NCBI GenBank assembly: GCA_964427245.1
Contig: CAYRSX010000011.1
Coordinates: forward strand, 18,227-82,226
DNA: 64,000 nt
Direction of reading: 5' to 3'
From: an uncultured Desulfobulbaceae bacterium
GTDB taxonomy: Bacteria > Desulfobacterota > Dissulfuribacteria > Dissulfuribacterales > DYLC01
Shown here: positions 54,064-64,000 of the stretch, in pieces
Layout of the letters: every line of letters starts with the position of its first letter
How positions within the stretch are numbered: the stretch's first letter is position 1
Notes under the pieces: model-generated
The model's database searches: none
What the model saw: the letters and a program-made list of their open reading frames with translations, nothing else
What the model was told of the DNA's origin: nothing
Translations under genes and position numbers: made by a program

Positions 54064-54660
54064 TCAGTGCATAAACTCTTTCTTGAAAGCATCAACCATC
54101 AAGGCGGCTTCATCGAATTGTTCCAATACAACGGCATGTCTTATATCACTTAAATATAGCACTGCGTCATCCTGTCTGTGACCTGCCTGATTATTCTGAT
54201 TGGATTTGGACATATTCAGCACATAACCATCCATCTCCAACAGGGCTTTTTGCAACTGCTTCTCTTGGGCTGTCTTTAGATTCACGGCATCCGTCAAGGC
54301 AGCTTCAGCCGCCTCCCTGGCCTTTTTGACAGATGCCATAGCCTTTTTATAATTACGCTCTTTTGCATATTCAATTGCGGTATTCAATGCCTCTTCAGCT
54401 GTCTGCATTTTCTCAGGTGCATATTTATCCGCACTCAAATCATGAGCGCTCTGTATGGCCTTTCTGGCCTGTGCATACATTTCACGCCACTGTTGCAATT
54501 CCTTGCCTCCTGGCGTTTTTGAAATCAAAAGCTGCCACTTTTCCTGTAATTGTCTTTTAATATCAATAGGTTGTGGAAACGTAAAACCAGTTAGCAAAAC
54601 AAGTACACTGCACAAACAAAGCACATATGATAATCTGGCGAATCTTGTATAGCGCTTCAT
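54064..54660 (-). CDS. Exported helical protein, DUF4398-like
   Basis: Signal-like N-terminus; ARKAIQSAHDLSADKYAPEKMQTAEEAL pattern. Confidence 0.6.
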   Translation of the reverse strand: MKRYTRFARLSYVLCLCSVLVLLTGFTFPQPIDIKRQLQEKWQLLISKTPGGKELQQWREMYAQARKAIQSAHDLSADKYAPEKMQTAEEALNTAIEYAKERNYKKAMASVKKAREAAEAALTDAVNLKTAQEKQLQKALLEMDGYVLNMSKSNQNNQAGHRQDDAVLYLSDIRHAVVLEQFDEAALMVDAFKKEFMH

Positions 54661-54662
54661 TT

Positions 54663-56000
54663 TTACTGATGAAGATTATTAAAAATGCGTTCCTGCAGCC
54701 ACTTGGCATCCCACCATTCTATGGGATTGACATAGACTCCATGAATCAGCATACCATAGTGCAGGTGGTCACCGCCTGCCAGACCGGTCATACCAGTCAA
54801 GCCTATTACATCACCCTGTTCCACCATATTATTGGCCAATGTCTTGATCTCACTGAGATGAGAATAGAGACTGAACAGACCCATGCCATGATCGATGATA
54901 ACCGAATTGCCATAAATACCCATATAGCCCGTAAACACTACCCTGCCTCTATTGGCGGCAGGAACAGGGGCGTGCTCCAGTGAAGCCAAATCCACCCCCA
55001 TATGATTTGTAACATCCACTTCTTTACCCTGATAGATGTAGTGCCTCTCATCCCCGAAGCCAGCCCTGGGCTGCGCATTGGGTAGTCTTAAAAACGCCTT
55101 CTGAAACAAAAAAGCCGGCTCACCGTGTGAAGTGACCGCATAAATCTCATCATTGTTTTTTTGTCTAATGTCTTTATTTATCTGCAAAAATACCTCAAGA
55201 GAAGTACCTTTTAATTCAGAATAATGGGATGAAAATTCAATAGCCTTACTGGCAATGAAATTGTCGCTCAGGTTGATCACATCCTTTCTGATGGGTTTGT
55301 AAGCAATTTTGTTGGGAACATTAAGCTTGCTTGAATTGCCGGCTGTATCCTGCGCCTCCAGTATGATATGAACCGGCGGTCTTGCATCGAAGGGCACTGC
55401 GATAAGGGCTGCATAGTTTTTATCGGAACCAGTTTTATAAGCGGGGAAAAACAAATCATTTACCCAGACCCCAGTACGAACAAGAGGTTCATTGGCAGAG
55501 TAGGAGACAAGACCAGCTCCTCCGGTATTGATATTATGAAAGATACTTTTGATGGCGATAGACGGTGAAGTGAAATCAATTTTCACATCTTTTTGATACG
55601 TGGCCGTGTTGCCCTTGAAGGAATTACGCCATGAATAATCGTGGGCAATCAAAACGAGCTGTGCATCGCCTTCAGTGAAACCATGTTCCATCAACACACC
55701 GGTCCAGTTGACTCGCATCCGCTTTATATTCGAGCCGCGCCACCAGGACACGGCGGGGAAGGTCTTGGGTTCGAATGCAATGTTTTTTTTGCCCTGCGTC
55801 AAAAAACATGCCATATCCCTTAAACCGCGGCCTTCATCACTGACTTCTGCCTCGATATACACCTGCTTCCCCAATCTATCCTGTACAATTACCGGCGTAA
55901 TGACTGGCGGCGTGCCTTCTAATGTCAAAAAAGCGATGACGGCGCCGCCCGACAGAATTATGAGCAAAATAGCTATAACAGCATAGACAAAAATTTTCAT
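54663..56000 (-). CDS. M23-family metallopeptidase
   Basis: N-terminal TM, HMGVDLA, YGNSVIIDHG, YSHLS, GDHLHY; ATG 56000. Confidence 0.93.
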   Translation of the reverse strand: MKIFVYAVIAILLIILSGGAVIAFLTLEGTPPVITPVIVQDRLGKQVYIEAEVSDEGRGLRDMACFLTQGKKNIAFEPKTFPAVSWWRGSNIKRMRVNWTGVLMEHGFTEGDAQLVLIAHDYSWRNSFKGNTATYQKDVKIDFTSPSIAIKSIFHNINTGGAGLVSYSANEPLVRTGVWVNDLFFPAYKTGSDKNYAALIAVPFDARPPVHIILEAQDTAGNSSKLNVPNKIAYKPIRKDVINLSDNFIASKAIEFSSHYSELKGTSLEVFLQINKDIRQKNNDEIYAVTSHGEPAFLFQKAFLRLPNAQPRAGFGDERHYIYQGKEVDVTNHMGVDLASLEHAPVPAANRGRVVFTGYMGIYGNSVIIDHGMGLFSLYSHLSEIKTLANNMVEQGDVIGLTGMTGLAGGDHLHYGMLIHGVYVNPIEWWDAKWLQERIFNNLHQ

Positions 56001-56201
56001 ATCAACTCCACCAAGAGGCAAAATAAAGAGTACCCCCCATGGACACCCGCCTATTGTGTAACATGGCGACTAAATATACCACAGCAGACGGCCCGAGAAG
56101 ATCAAGAGGATATTTTTTTTGAGCATAACACAAATCTGAGCGAAAAAATCGTTTTGCAACAGACTTAAATAATAATACCGGCTGCCCATGAATATTGCCA
56201 C

Positions 56202-56230
56202 AAAAAAACCGCACCTCAAACAAGGTGCGG
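56202..56230 (-). terminator. Rho-independent terminator of the alpha operon
   Basis: Minus strand CCGCACCT-6 nt-AGGTGCGG followed by T7, 44 nt after the rplQ stop. Confidence 0.8.
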
Positions 56231-56273
56231 CATCGGATGTTATCGATCTGAGGAAATATCTCTATTAAAATCG

Positions 56274-56741
56274 TCAATCATTTGAATCAGTGGAAGACGG
56301 TGTAGCCTCTGCAACAACAGGCTTAAGCGGCGCTGACTGTTTTTTAGCCGTCTGTGTACCGACACCAGCCTTCTTTTTCTCAAGAGGTTCTTTCGCAAGC
56401 TCAAGTATGGACATGGAAGCCCCATCGCCCTGACGATAACCTGTTTGCAACACTCGACAATAACCACCATTTCTATCAGCGAATGCCTGGGCAATCTCAC
56501 CAAACAAATTATTGACAGCTTCCTTGCTTTTTATAAAGGCAAGCACCTGTCTTCTCGCATGCACAGTGCCATTTTTAGCAAGAGTCACCATTTGATCCGC
56601 TAACCGTCTAGCTTCCTTAGCTTTCGGTAAAGTAGTCAATACTCTTCCATGCTCCATCAATGACGTAATGAGATTACGTAATACCGCCTGACGATGAGCA
56701 GTCTTCATACCTAATTTTCGTGTTCGTGTTCTGTGGCGCAT
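56274..56741 (-). CDS. rplQ: 50S ribosomal protein L17
   Basis: MRHR..RKLG, TTLPKAKE, DRNGGYCR, RQGDGA. Confidence 0.98.
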   Translation of the reverse strand: MRHRTRTRKLGMKTAHRQAVLRNLITSLMEHGRVLTTLPKAKEARRLADQMVTLAKNGTVHARRQVLAFIKSKEAVNNLFGEIAQAFADRNGGYCRVLQTGYRQGDGASMSILELAKEPLEKKKAGVGTQTAKKQSAPLKPVVAEATPSSTDSND

Positions 56742-56747
56742 ATAATG

Positions 56748-57785
56748 TTACTCCCTTTCAGCCTCTTGTTCATGATTGTTGTCTGCCTTAGGAGAAGTCC
56801 AACCTTCTAATTTCATGCCAAGATGTAAATTCATATTATTCAGGATGTCTTTTATTTCTTTCAGAGACTTACGACCAAAATTCTTCGTTTTCAACATCTC
56901 TTGTTCCGTTTTCTGCACTAAATCACCAATATAATGAATGTTAGCGCTTTTTAAACAATTCGCGGAACGCACAGAAAACTCAAGCTCCTCTATGGAACGA
57001 TTCAGGTAATCACTTATCGCTGTGATATCGATGACCGCCTGTTCTTCCTTTGGCTCCTGCAATTCATCAAAACATATAAAGATCGACAACTGCTCTTTCA
57101 ATATCTTAGCGGCATAACCGAGCGCCTCTTCAGGCGTCACACTGCCATCAGTCCATATCTCCATGATCAGCTTGTCATAATCGGTCATCTGACCAACACG
57201 CGCTTGTGAAACAGTATAGTTTACCTTTTGAACTGGCGAAAATATGGAGTCAATCGCAATAGTTCCTATGGGCTGCTCAGGATCCTTATTTCTTTCAGCA
57301 GGGACATAGCCTCTTCCCCATTTGGTAACCAGTTCCATCTGTAACTCACCATCAGCAGAAAGCGTAGCGATTTTATGGTCTGGATTCAATATCTCCACAT
57401 TGCTATTGGGAAGAGCAAGATCTCCTGCATAAATTACACATGGCCCTTTCTTTTTTACTGTCAATGTCTTGGGCTCATCTTGCAATAATTTCAGCCGCAC
57501 GCCCTTAAGATTAAGAATGATATCAGCTACATCTTCCACGACCCCCGAGAGACTGGAAAATTCATGCAAAATACCGTCGATTCTGACAGAAACAATAGCG
57601 GCACCCTGCAAGGAAGAAAGCAAAACCCTTCTCAAGGCATTACCTAATGTAATACCATAACCTCTTTCCAATGGCTCGCATACAAACTTCCCATAGCGGT
57701 TCGAACTATCCGAATGTTTTTCCAGTTTTTGAGGGAAAATCAGGTCACGCCAATTTCTATAATTTGGAATCAGTCCATTAGTCAT
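56748..57785 (-). CDS. rpoA: RNA polymerase alpha subunit
   Basis: [38 protein letters not shown]. Confidence 0.99.
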   Translation of the reverse strand: MTNGLIPNYRNWRDLIFPQKLEKHSDSSNRYGKFVCEPLERGYGITLGNALRRVLLSSLQGAAIVSVRIDGILHEFSSLSGVVEDVADIILNLKGVRLKLLQDEPKTLTVKKKGPCVIYAGDLALPNSNVEILNPDHKIATLSADGELQMELVTKWGRGYVPAERNKDPEQPIGTIAIDSIFSPVQKVNYTVSQARVGQMTDYDKLIMEIWTDGSVTPEEALGYAAKILKEQLSIFICFDELQEPKEEQAVIDITAISDYLNRSIEELEFSVRSANCLKSANIHYIGDLVQKTEQEMLKTKNFGRKSLKEIKDILNNMNLHLGMKLEGWTSPKADNNHEQEAERE

Positions 57786-57824
57786 AAAGGGGGTATATCC
57801 TGTTACTCCAAATGTTACAGAGTA

Positions 57825-58451
57825 TTATTTTGAGTAGAACTCAACTATAAACTGCTCCTGCACAGGCATAGTGATATCACGTCGCTCAGGCAAGGAAACC
57901 ACTGAACCCTTCAAACCCTCTCGATCCAACTGCAACCACTCAGGCACACCACGACGCGCCACAGCATCCAACGCCTGTATAATGGGGGCACAAACCTTTT
58001 CCTTATTAAAGAGCTCTATGACGTCACCTTTCCTTACCAAAAAAGAAGGGATATCCACACGGCATCTATTCACAGCAAAATGACCGTGTCCCACCAGTTG
58101 ACGGGCCTGCACCCTTGAATCAGCAAAACCAAGGCGATATATCACGTTATCTAAACGTCTTTCAAGCAAAACCAGCAGGTTAACGCCTGTCATACCTTTC
58201 TGTCTATCAGCTGTCTCAAAGTAACGCCTGAACTGCGCCTCCAACAGCCCATAAATCCTGCGTACACGCTGTTTCTCTCTAAGACGAATACCGTAATCAG
58301 AAATCTTATGTCTTGTCTGACCATGCTGACCAGGCGCATAAGCAGACCTCTCAAAGGCGCACTTGTCCGAGTAACATCTATCACCCTTCAGGAAAAGCTT
58401 CATTCCCTCCCTGCGGCACAATCTACAACGAGCTTCAGTATATCTAGCCAA
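57825..58451 (-). CDS. rpsD: 30S ribosomal protein S4 (Cys-containing, Zn-type)
   Basis: CRLCRREG...[20 protein letters not shown]. Confidence 0.99.
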   Translation of the reverse strand: MARYTEARCRLCRREGMKLFLKGDRCYSDKCAFERSAYAPGQHGQTRHKISDYGIRLREKQRVRRIYGLLEAQFRRYFETADRQKGMTGVNLLVLLERRLDNVIYRLGFADSRVQARQLVGHGHFAVNRCRVDIPSFLVRKGDVIELFNKEKVCAPIIQALDAVARRGVPEWLQLDREGLKGSVVSLPERRDITMPVQEQFIVEFYSK

Positions 58452-58501
58452 TTTCTTTTATCCTCCAATGAACCAAAAGCCAACGCAAAAAAGAAAATAC
58501 A

Positions 58502-58888
58502 TTAAACACGTCTTCTCTTTGGTGGTCTGCAACCATTATGTGGTATCGGCGTTATATCTTTAATAACCTTCACGCTCAAACCAGCCATCTGTAACGCCCT
58601 CAATGCCGCCTCTCTTCCGGAGCCAGGGCCATTGATGTGGACTTCCACACTCCGCATGCCGTTTTCGGCAGCTTTTTTGGCGGCTGTTTCCGCGGCGATC
58701 TGAGCGGCAAAAGGCGTTCCTTTTCTTGAGCCTTTGAAACCCTGTGCGCCGGAACTTGCCCACGATACGGTATTGCCTTGTTTATCCGTAATGGTAACGA
58801 TGGTATTATTAAAAGTAGCCTGAATATGAGCGACTCCCTCAGGCACATTCTTACGTTCTTTGCGACCCCCACGTTTGGGTGGAGCCAT
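58502..58888 (-). CDS. rpsK: 30S ribosomal protein S11
   Basis: [29 protein letters not shown]. Confidence 0.99.
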   Translation of the reverse strand: MAPPKRGGRKERKNVPEGVAHIQATFNNTIVTITDKQGNTVSWASSGAQGFKGSRKGTPFAAQIAAETAAKKAAENGMRSVEVHINGPGSGREAALRALQMAGLSVKVIKDITPIPHNGCRPPKRRRV

Positions 58889-58913
58889 AACAATTACCTC
58901 CTATAAAATAAAA

Positions 58914-59279
58914 CTACTTCTTCTTAATAGCGGAACGACCAGGACCTTTACGGGTTCTGGCATTTGTACGAGTACGCTGCCCTCTAACAGGCAATCCCCT
59001 ACGATGCCTGAGACCGCGATAACATCCAAGATCCATCAATCTTTTGATACTGATGCCAACTTCTCTTCGCAAATCGCCTTCCACTTTATAATCAGCATCT
59101 ATAATCTGACGCAATGTCTTGATATCATCATCCGTCAAGGCATCCGTTTTCTTATTATAATCCAGAGAAGCCTTGTTCAGAATCTCTTTTGCTGTAGAGC
59201 GGCCTATACCATAGATATAGGTCAAAGCCACCTCAAGACGCTTATTTTTTGGCAAATCTACTCCTGCAAGTCTGGCCAC
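58914..59279 (-). CDS. rpsM: 30S ribosomal protein S13
   Basis: [29 protein letters not shown]. Confidence 0.99.
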   Translation of the reverse strand: MARLAGVDLPKNKRLEVALTYIYGIGRSTAKEILNKASLDYNKKTDALTDDDIKTLRQIIDADYKVEGDLRREVGISIKRLMDLGCYRGLRHRRGLPVRGQRTRTNARTRKGPGRSAIKKK

Positions 59280-59294
59280 AACAACCCCCTTTTC

Positions 59295-59408
59295 TTAACC
59301 CTGACGCTGTTTATGTCTTGGATTGGTGCAAATAACTCTTAATACACCATTACGCCTGATTATGACACATTTTTTACATCTACGTTTTACTGAAGCAGCG
59401 ACCTTCAT
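59295..59408 (-). CDS. rpmJ: 50S ribosomal protein L36 (C+ form; too short for the ORF track)
   Basis: Hand translation [37 protein letters not shown]. Confidence 0.98.
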   Translation of the reverse strand: MKVAASVKRRCKKCVIIRRNGVLRVICTNPRHKQRQG

Positions 59409-59431
59409 AATACACCTCTTTATTTTTTACC

Positions 59432-59650
59432 TTATTTAGCACGATATACTATGCGACCCTTGGTCAAATCATAGGGTGAAACTTCCACAGTTACCTTATC
59501 ACCAGGCAAGATTCTGATATAATTCATTCTCATTTTACCAGAAATATGCGCTAAAATTTTATAACCATTTTCCAATTCTACCCTGAACATAGCATTCGGT
59601 AAAGTTTCAATAACCTTACCTTCGATTTGAATAGCATCACCCTTCGACAT
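59432..59650 (-). CDS. infA: Translation initiation factor IF-1
   Basis: [27 protein letters not shown]. Confidence 0.99.
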   Translation of the reverse strand: MSKGDAIQIEGKVIETLPNAMFRVELENGYKILAHISGKMRMNYIRILPGDKVTVEVSPYDLTKGRIVYRAK

Positions 59651-59660
59651 AAATACCTTA

Positions 59661-60452
59661 TTAATCCAACTTGGTTAATAATAAAGGACCATTTTGGGTT
59701 ATCGCAACAGAATGTTCAAAATGAGCGGATAAAGAACCATCCGCCGTTACAACAGTCCAGCCATCAGACAACATCAAAACATCCGATTTGCCCATGTTAA
59801 CCATTGGCTCGATTGCCAAAACCATGCCCGGCCTCAAAACAGGCCCTGCACCGCGCACACCATAATTAGGAATCTCCGGTGGTTCGTGTAATGCCTTACC
59901 TATACCATGTCCCACAAACTGTTTCACAACACTGAAACCAGCATCCTCCACCACAGTCTGTATGGCGGCCGAGATATCCTTCAGATGCGCACCTGGCATA
60001 GCCTCTTGAATACCGGCATTCAACGCTGCGGAGGTAACATTTAAAAGCCTAACAGCAGAGGCATCTCTGCTGTCGTCACCGCCAGCGATTGCGGTTACAG
60101 CAGCATCGCCATAATAACCCTCATAAATAACACCCAGATCCATGCTGACAAGGTCACCCAGTTGAATAATTCTCTTGGAAGAAGGGATTCCATGAACTAC
60201 TTCCTGATTTATACTCACACATAAAGTAGCAGGATAACCCCTGTAACCCTTGAATGCCGGCAAGGCGTTACGCCTCACTATCTCACTATGGGCAATGGCA
60301 TCAAGTTCAGCCGTAGTGATACCTGGTCTCAAATTTTCTTTTAAGAACTGTAATATCTCAGCCACGATTTGGCCAGCAACATACATCAAGTCTATTTCCC
60401 ATTTTTCTTTGATCGGGATGACGGATTTTATATGCTTATTCCGTTTCTTCAC
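59661..60452 (-). CDS. map: Methionine aminopeptidase type I
   Basis: VVHGIP, DLGV..GDAA, GHGIG..LHE, AIEPM, SAHFEHS; GTG overlaps the secY stop. Confidence 0.97.
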   Translation of the reverse strand: MKKRNKHIKSVIPIKEKWEIDLMYVAGQIVAEILQFLKENLRPGITTAELDAIAHSEIVRRNALPAFKGYRGYPATLCVSINQEVVHGIPSSKRIIQLGDLVSMDLGVIYEGYYGDAAVTAIAGGDDSRDASAVRLLNVTSAALNAGIQEAMPGAHLKDISAAIQTVVEDAGFSVVKQFVGHGIGKALHEPPEIPNYGVRGAGPVLRPGMVLAIEPMVNMGKSDVLMLSDGWTVVTADGSLSAHFEHSVAITQNGPLLLTKLD

Positions 60453-61762
60453 TAGTCCTTACGCCCTTTTAACTTCACGCCCTTGATAAAACTATCATAA
60501 TTTCTTGTAATAAGATGTGATTCAAGTTGAGCCATTGTATCCATAGCCACACCAATTACAATCAATAACGCTGTACCGCCGAAATAAAAGGGGACATTGA
60601 AATTGGCAATCAAAACACTTGGCAAAACACAAATAGCAGATATATAAACAGCACCTACCAATGTAATGCGAGTCAAAATTCTATCTATCAACTCAGCAGT
60701 CTTATGACCTGGTCGTATTCCAGGGATATAACCGCCATGATTTTTTAAATTTTCGGCTATATCGACCGGATTGAAAGTAATTGCAGTATAAAAATAACAA
60801 AAGAAGACAATCAATACTACAAATAATAATTCATAAAAAAAACTGCCGGGGCGCAATGCCTGTGCAATCGATTGCATCCACGGAATCTGAATAAAATTGG
60901 CAATCGTAGCCGGAAACATAATGATCGAAGATGCAAAAATAGGAGGTATAACGCCAGCAGAATTAATCTTCAATGGCAAATGCGCAGTCTGACCACCATA
61001 AACCTTTCTACCCACAACTCGTTTAGCATAATGTATAGGAATACGTCTGTTAGACCGTTCCATAAAACATATAAAGGCTATAACAAAACCCATCATTACC
61101 AATAAAAACAAAAGAACAATAGGACTCAGATCACCGGTTTTAACCAAAGAAAAAGTATTGCTGATTGCAGCAGGCATTCTCGCTACTATACCGGCAAAAA
61201 TAATCAATGAAATACCGTTACCTATCCCTCTTTCCGTTATCTGCTCACCAAGCCACATGATAAACATTGTACCCGACATAAATGTAATGGCAGTCAATAA
61301 ACGAAAACTCCAGCCTGGATTCAAAACAACAGGGATACCATCAGGCGAAGTCATGCTTTCCAAACCGATAGCCATACCAATAGCCTGGACCAAACTGATT
61401 ACAACCGTACTATAACGGGTATACTGACTGATTTTCTTACGGCCTGATTCGCCTTCCTTTTTAAGAGCCTCCAGATGCGGCACCGCTACTGTCAAAAGCT
61501 GCAAAATAATTGAAGCACTGATATAGGGCATGATGCCAAGAGCAAAAATGGACATATGCTCCAATGCGCCACCGGAAAACATATCGAAGAGCCCGAACAA
61601 GGTGCCTTTCGCCTTAGCCAGAAAAGAAGAAAGGGCTTGGGCATTTATACCGGGAGCCGGCACCTGGACACCCATTCTATACACTGCCAGCATAAAAAGG
61701 GTAAAGCCTATACGACGACCCAGTTCAGGTGCCTGGGCTAATGCCTGGATTCCTCGTAACAC
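60452..61762 (-). CDS. secY: Preprotein translocase SecY
   Basis: [45 protein letters not shown]. Confidence 0.99.
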   Translation of the reverse strand: MLRGIQALAQAPELGRRIGFTLFMLAVYRMGVQVPAPGINAQALSSFLAKAKGTLFGLFDMFSGGALEHMSIFALGIMPYISASIILQLLTVAVPHLEALKKEGESGRKKISQYTRYSTVVISLVQAIGMAIGLESMTSPDGIPVVLNPGWSFRLLTAITFMSGTMFIMWLGEQITERGIGNGISLIIFAGIVARMPAAISNTFSLVKTGDLSPIVLLFLLVMMGFVIAFICFMERSNRRIPIHYAKRVVGRKVYGGQTAHLPLKINSAGVIPPIFASSIIMFPATIANFIQIPWMQSIAQALRPGSFFYELLFVVLIVFFCYFYTAITFNPVDIAENLKNHGGYIPGIRPGHKTAELIDRILTRITLVGAVYISAICVLPSVLIANFNVPFYFGGTALLIVIGVAMDTMAQLESHLITRNYDSFIKGVKLKGRKD

Positions 61763-61772
61763 AATAAGTACC

Positions 61773-62222
61773 TTATTTTGTTATGATATCTATCTGACCA
61801 CCGGCTGCCTTGATTTTCGTGGCAGCCGTATCACTTATAGCATCGGCTTTAATTGTAATCGCTCGGTTTATCTCGCCATCTCCAAGAATTTTCAATAGAT
61901 CGAAACGTTTCTTGATCAATCCATGTTTTTTCAATATCGCAAGATCAATGACACTATCGAACTGAAAATCATTCAACTGTGTCAGATTTACCACCCCATA
62001 GGTTTTATGCGAGGAATTTTTGAAACCCCTTTTGGGCAATTTTCTATATAGAGGCATCTGGCCGCCTTCGAAACCCGGCTCTATATTGCCACCCGTTCTA
62101 GCCTTTTGCCCCTTTGAACCGCGGCACGCGGTTTTACCATGACCTGAGCCACTACCTCTGCCAACACGTTTTTTATTTCTACGAGCACCTTCTTGCGGCG
62201 CCAAATCATTCAATGTCAACAT
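61773..62222 (-). CDS. rplO: 50S ribosomal protein L15
   Basis: [27 protein letters not shown]. Confidence 0.99.
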   Translation of the reverse strand: MLTLNDLAPQEGARRNKKRVGRGSGSGHGKTACRGSKGQKARTGGNIEPGFEGGQMPLYRKLPKRGFKNSSHKTYGVVNLTQLNDFQFDSVIDLAILKKHGLIKKRFDLLKILGDGEINRAITIKADAISDTAATKIKAAGGQIDIITK

Positions 62223-62227
62223 CTAAA

Positions 62228-62713
62228 TTACACCTCATTTTTAAGAAACTTCGCATTAGCTACGGACATATTCAGGGACTTAATTCCCTCAAAGGTCGCA
62301 TATACAATATTGTGAGGATTATTTGTCCCCAAACTTTTGGTCAATACGTCATGTACGCCGGCAGCTTCCATAATTGCACGCACAACAGCACCAGCGATAA
62401 CTCCGGTTCCAGGTGAAGCCGGCTTTAATACCACCTTCCCTGCACCAAAATGACCTAGCACGTCATGTGCTATGGTCTTACCCTGCATCGGAAGCGCCAC
62501 CATATTTTTTTTGGCCTTTTCGACAGCCTTACGCAATGCATCGGGTACCTCCCGAGCCTTGCCAAGAGCATAACCGACACGGCCCTCGCCGTCACCAACT
62601 ATTGCCAATGCACTGAATCCGAATCGCCTGCCACCTTTAACCACTTTTGCCACTCTATTGATGGAAACGATCTTTTCGATATAATTTTCTTGTGCAGATT
62701 GTTCCTGCATCAT
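62228..62713 (-). CDS. rpsE: 30S ribosomal protein S5
   Basis: [23 protein letters not shown]. Confidence 0.99.
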   Translation of the reverse strand: MMQEQSAQENYIEKIVSINRVAKVVKGGRRFGFSALAIVGDGEGRVGYALGKAREVPDALRKAVEKAKKNMVALPMQGKTIAHDVLGHFGAGKVVLKPASPGTGVIAGAVVRAIMEAAGVHDVLTKSLGTNNPHNIVYATFEGIKSLNMSVANAKFLKNEV

Positions 62714-62733
62714 TTTCCTCCGCCAGTATCTTG

Positions 62734-63102
62734 TTAGAACTCTAATCCTGCTTCACGTGCAGAATCAGCCAATGCCTTGACACGGCCATGATATATATAG
62801 CCCCCTCTATCAAAAGCGATGCGAGTTATACCATTAGCTTTAGCTTTTTGCGCAACCAACTTCCCAACCAATTGAGCAACAGCAATCTTACCTTCGACAT
62901 CCTTAAGCTGATCTTGCAATTCCTTACTCAAGGATGATGCAGAAATAAGAGTCATATGCTTGGTATCATCAATAATCTGAGCATAGATATGCTTTGAACT
63001 TTTAAATACCGCCAAACGAGGTCTGTCAGAAGTACCCGATAATTTCTTGCGGATTCTGACCTTTCTTCTTATTCGAGCTAATACCTTATCACCACTTTTC
63101 AT
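62734..63102 (-). CDS. rplR: 50S ribosomal protein L18
   Basis: [25 protein letters not shown]; ATG 63102 after GGAG. Confidence 0.98.
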   Translation of the reverse strand: MKSGDKVLARIRRKVRIRKKLSGTSDRPRLAVFKSSKHIYAQIIDDTKHMTLISASSLSKELQDQLKDVEGKIAVAQLVGKLVAQKAKANGITRIAFDRGGYIYHGRVKALADSAREAGLEF

Positions 63103-63122
63103 GACCGCTCCAATCAATTAAA

Positions 63123-63674
63123 CTATTTTTTCTTTGTAGCAGCCTTACCTGCTTTACGAATAATAATTTCATTTTCATACTGAATACCTTTACCTTTGTA
63201 TGGCTCAGGTGGTCTAAAGGCTTTTATCTTTGCAGCAATTAAGCCCAGCAATTCCTTGTCAGCACTCTCCAAAATTATCGTAATGCCTTTCTGTTTATCA
63301 ATCTTTGCATCTACGCCTTTTGGTAAGGTAAACTCAATCGGATGTGAATAGCCTAAATTCAGGACCAACTGATTACTTTTTTCATCCACCTTATAGCCCA
63401 CACCTGTAACTGTAAGTCTTTTCTGAAAACCCTTAGTAACACCCACAACCATATTATCCACTAAAGTTCTCATTAACCCGTGTATAGAACGACTTTCTCG
63501 AGAATCATCCTTGCGACTGACTACAAGCTGACCATCAGTAATTTCTATAGAGGCAAGCGGATGCAGTTCTCTGGACAATACCCCCTTTGGACCAGAAACG
63601 GTAATGGAACGGCCATCACAATTAACCTTGGCGCCCGTTGGTATTACAATAGGCTTTTTCCCTATTCTTGACAT
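63123..63674 (-). CDS. rplF: 50S ribosomal protein L6
   Basis: MSRIGKKPI, LGYSHP, RPPEPYKGKG. Confidence 0.99.
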   Translation of the reverse strand: MSRIGKKPIVIPTGAKVNCDGRSITVSGPKGVLSRELHPLASIEITDGQLVVSRKDDSRESRSIHGLMRTLVDNMVVGVTKGFQKRLTVTGVGYKVDEKSNQLVLNLGYSHPIEFTLPKGVDAKIDKQKGITIILESADKELLGLIAAKIKAFRPPEPYKGKGIQYENEIIIRKAGKAATKKK

Positions 63675-63687
63675 ATCAGTACCCTCA

Positions 63688-64000
63688 TTACCAAATTGAA
63701 CAGATTAATTCGCCGCCGAGCTTGTTTTCTCTTGCCTGCCTATCAGTCAATAATCCCTTAGAAGTAGAAACTATCACCATGCCTGCGCCGCCTTTGATGC
63801 TTGGGATTTTATCATAAGAAGCATAAACTCGCCTGCCCGGCTTGCTTAAACGTTTTACACCAAGGAGCATTGGATATTTATTGTTATATTTTAAAACAAT
63901 TTTCAATACATCAAAACCTTTATCCCGGATAATACGATAGCTATCAATATATCCTTTTTGCTTTAATAACTCTACAATAGCAACTTTTATTTTGGATGCA
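63688..64000 (-). CDS. rpsH: 30S ribosomal protein S8 (5' end outside window)
   Basis: SKPGRRVY, STSKG, GGELIC.IW; frame open to the window edge. Confidence 0.97.
   Translation of the reverse strand, partial: ASKIKVAIVELLKQKGYIDSYRIIRDKGFDVLKIVLKYNNKYPMLLGVKRLSKPGRRVYASYDKIPSIKGGAGMVIVSTSKGLLTDRQARENKLGGELICSIW

Overview
Chromosomal window of a bacterium whose gene content suggests a Desulfobacterota-like anaerobe (inference). It is mostly housekeeping: ferredoxin, an RsmB/NOP2 methyltransferase, a TolC-MFP-RND-VKOR efflux operon, panC/panD, M18 peptidase, thyX, nadB, pgpA-cinA-thpR, cheW-MCP, tsaE/ABC-2/NtrX-like/U32/copZ/aroF, ftsB, rluB-like, csp, purH-like/dsbC/persulfide reductase-like/mfd, wrbA, znuACB, a porin, a second aroF, greA, usp, an M23 peptidase, and the distal spc/alpha ribosomal operon (rpsH, partial, to rplQ). 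One apparently intact IS30 element is present. No rRNA, tRNA or CRISPR array was recognised. Most notable: (1) three families of short palindromic repeats that nest into mosaic elements, one copy inside a coding 3' end; (2) a secreted Cys-rich multidomain protein plus a stand-alone autotransporter-like beta-barrel, preceded by a possible structured leader RNA; (3) an MCP with a signalling domain of about 60 heptads and its own CheW; (4) no rpmD and no adk in the spc operon; (5) a DAHP synthase co-oriented with a U32 hydroxylase. All product calls come from motif recognition by eye; no database search was run.
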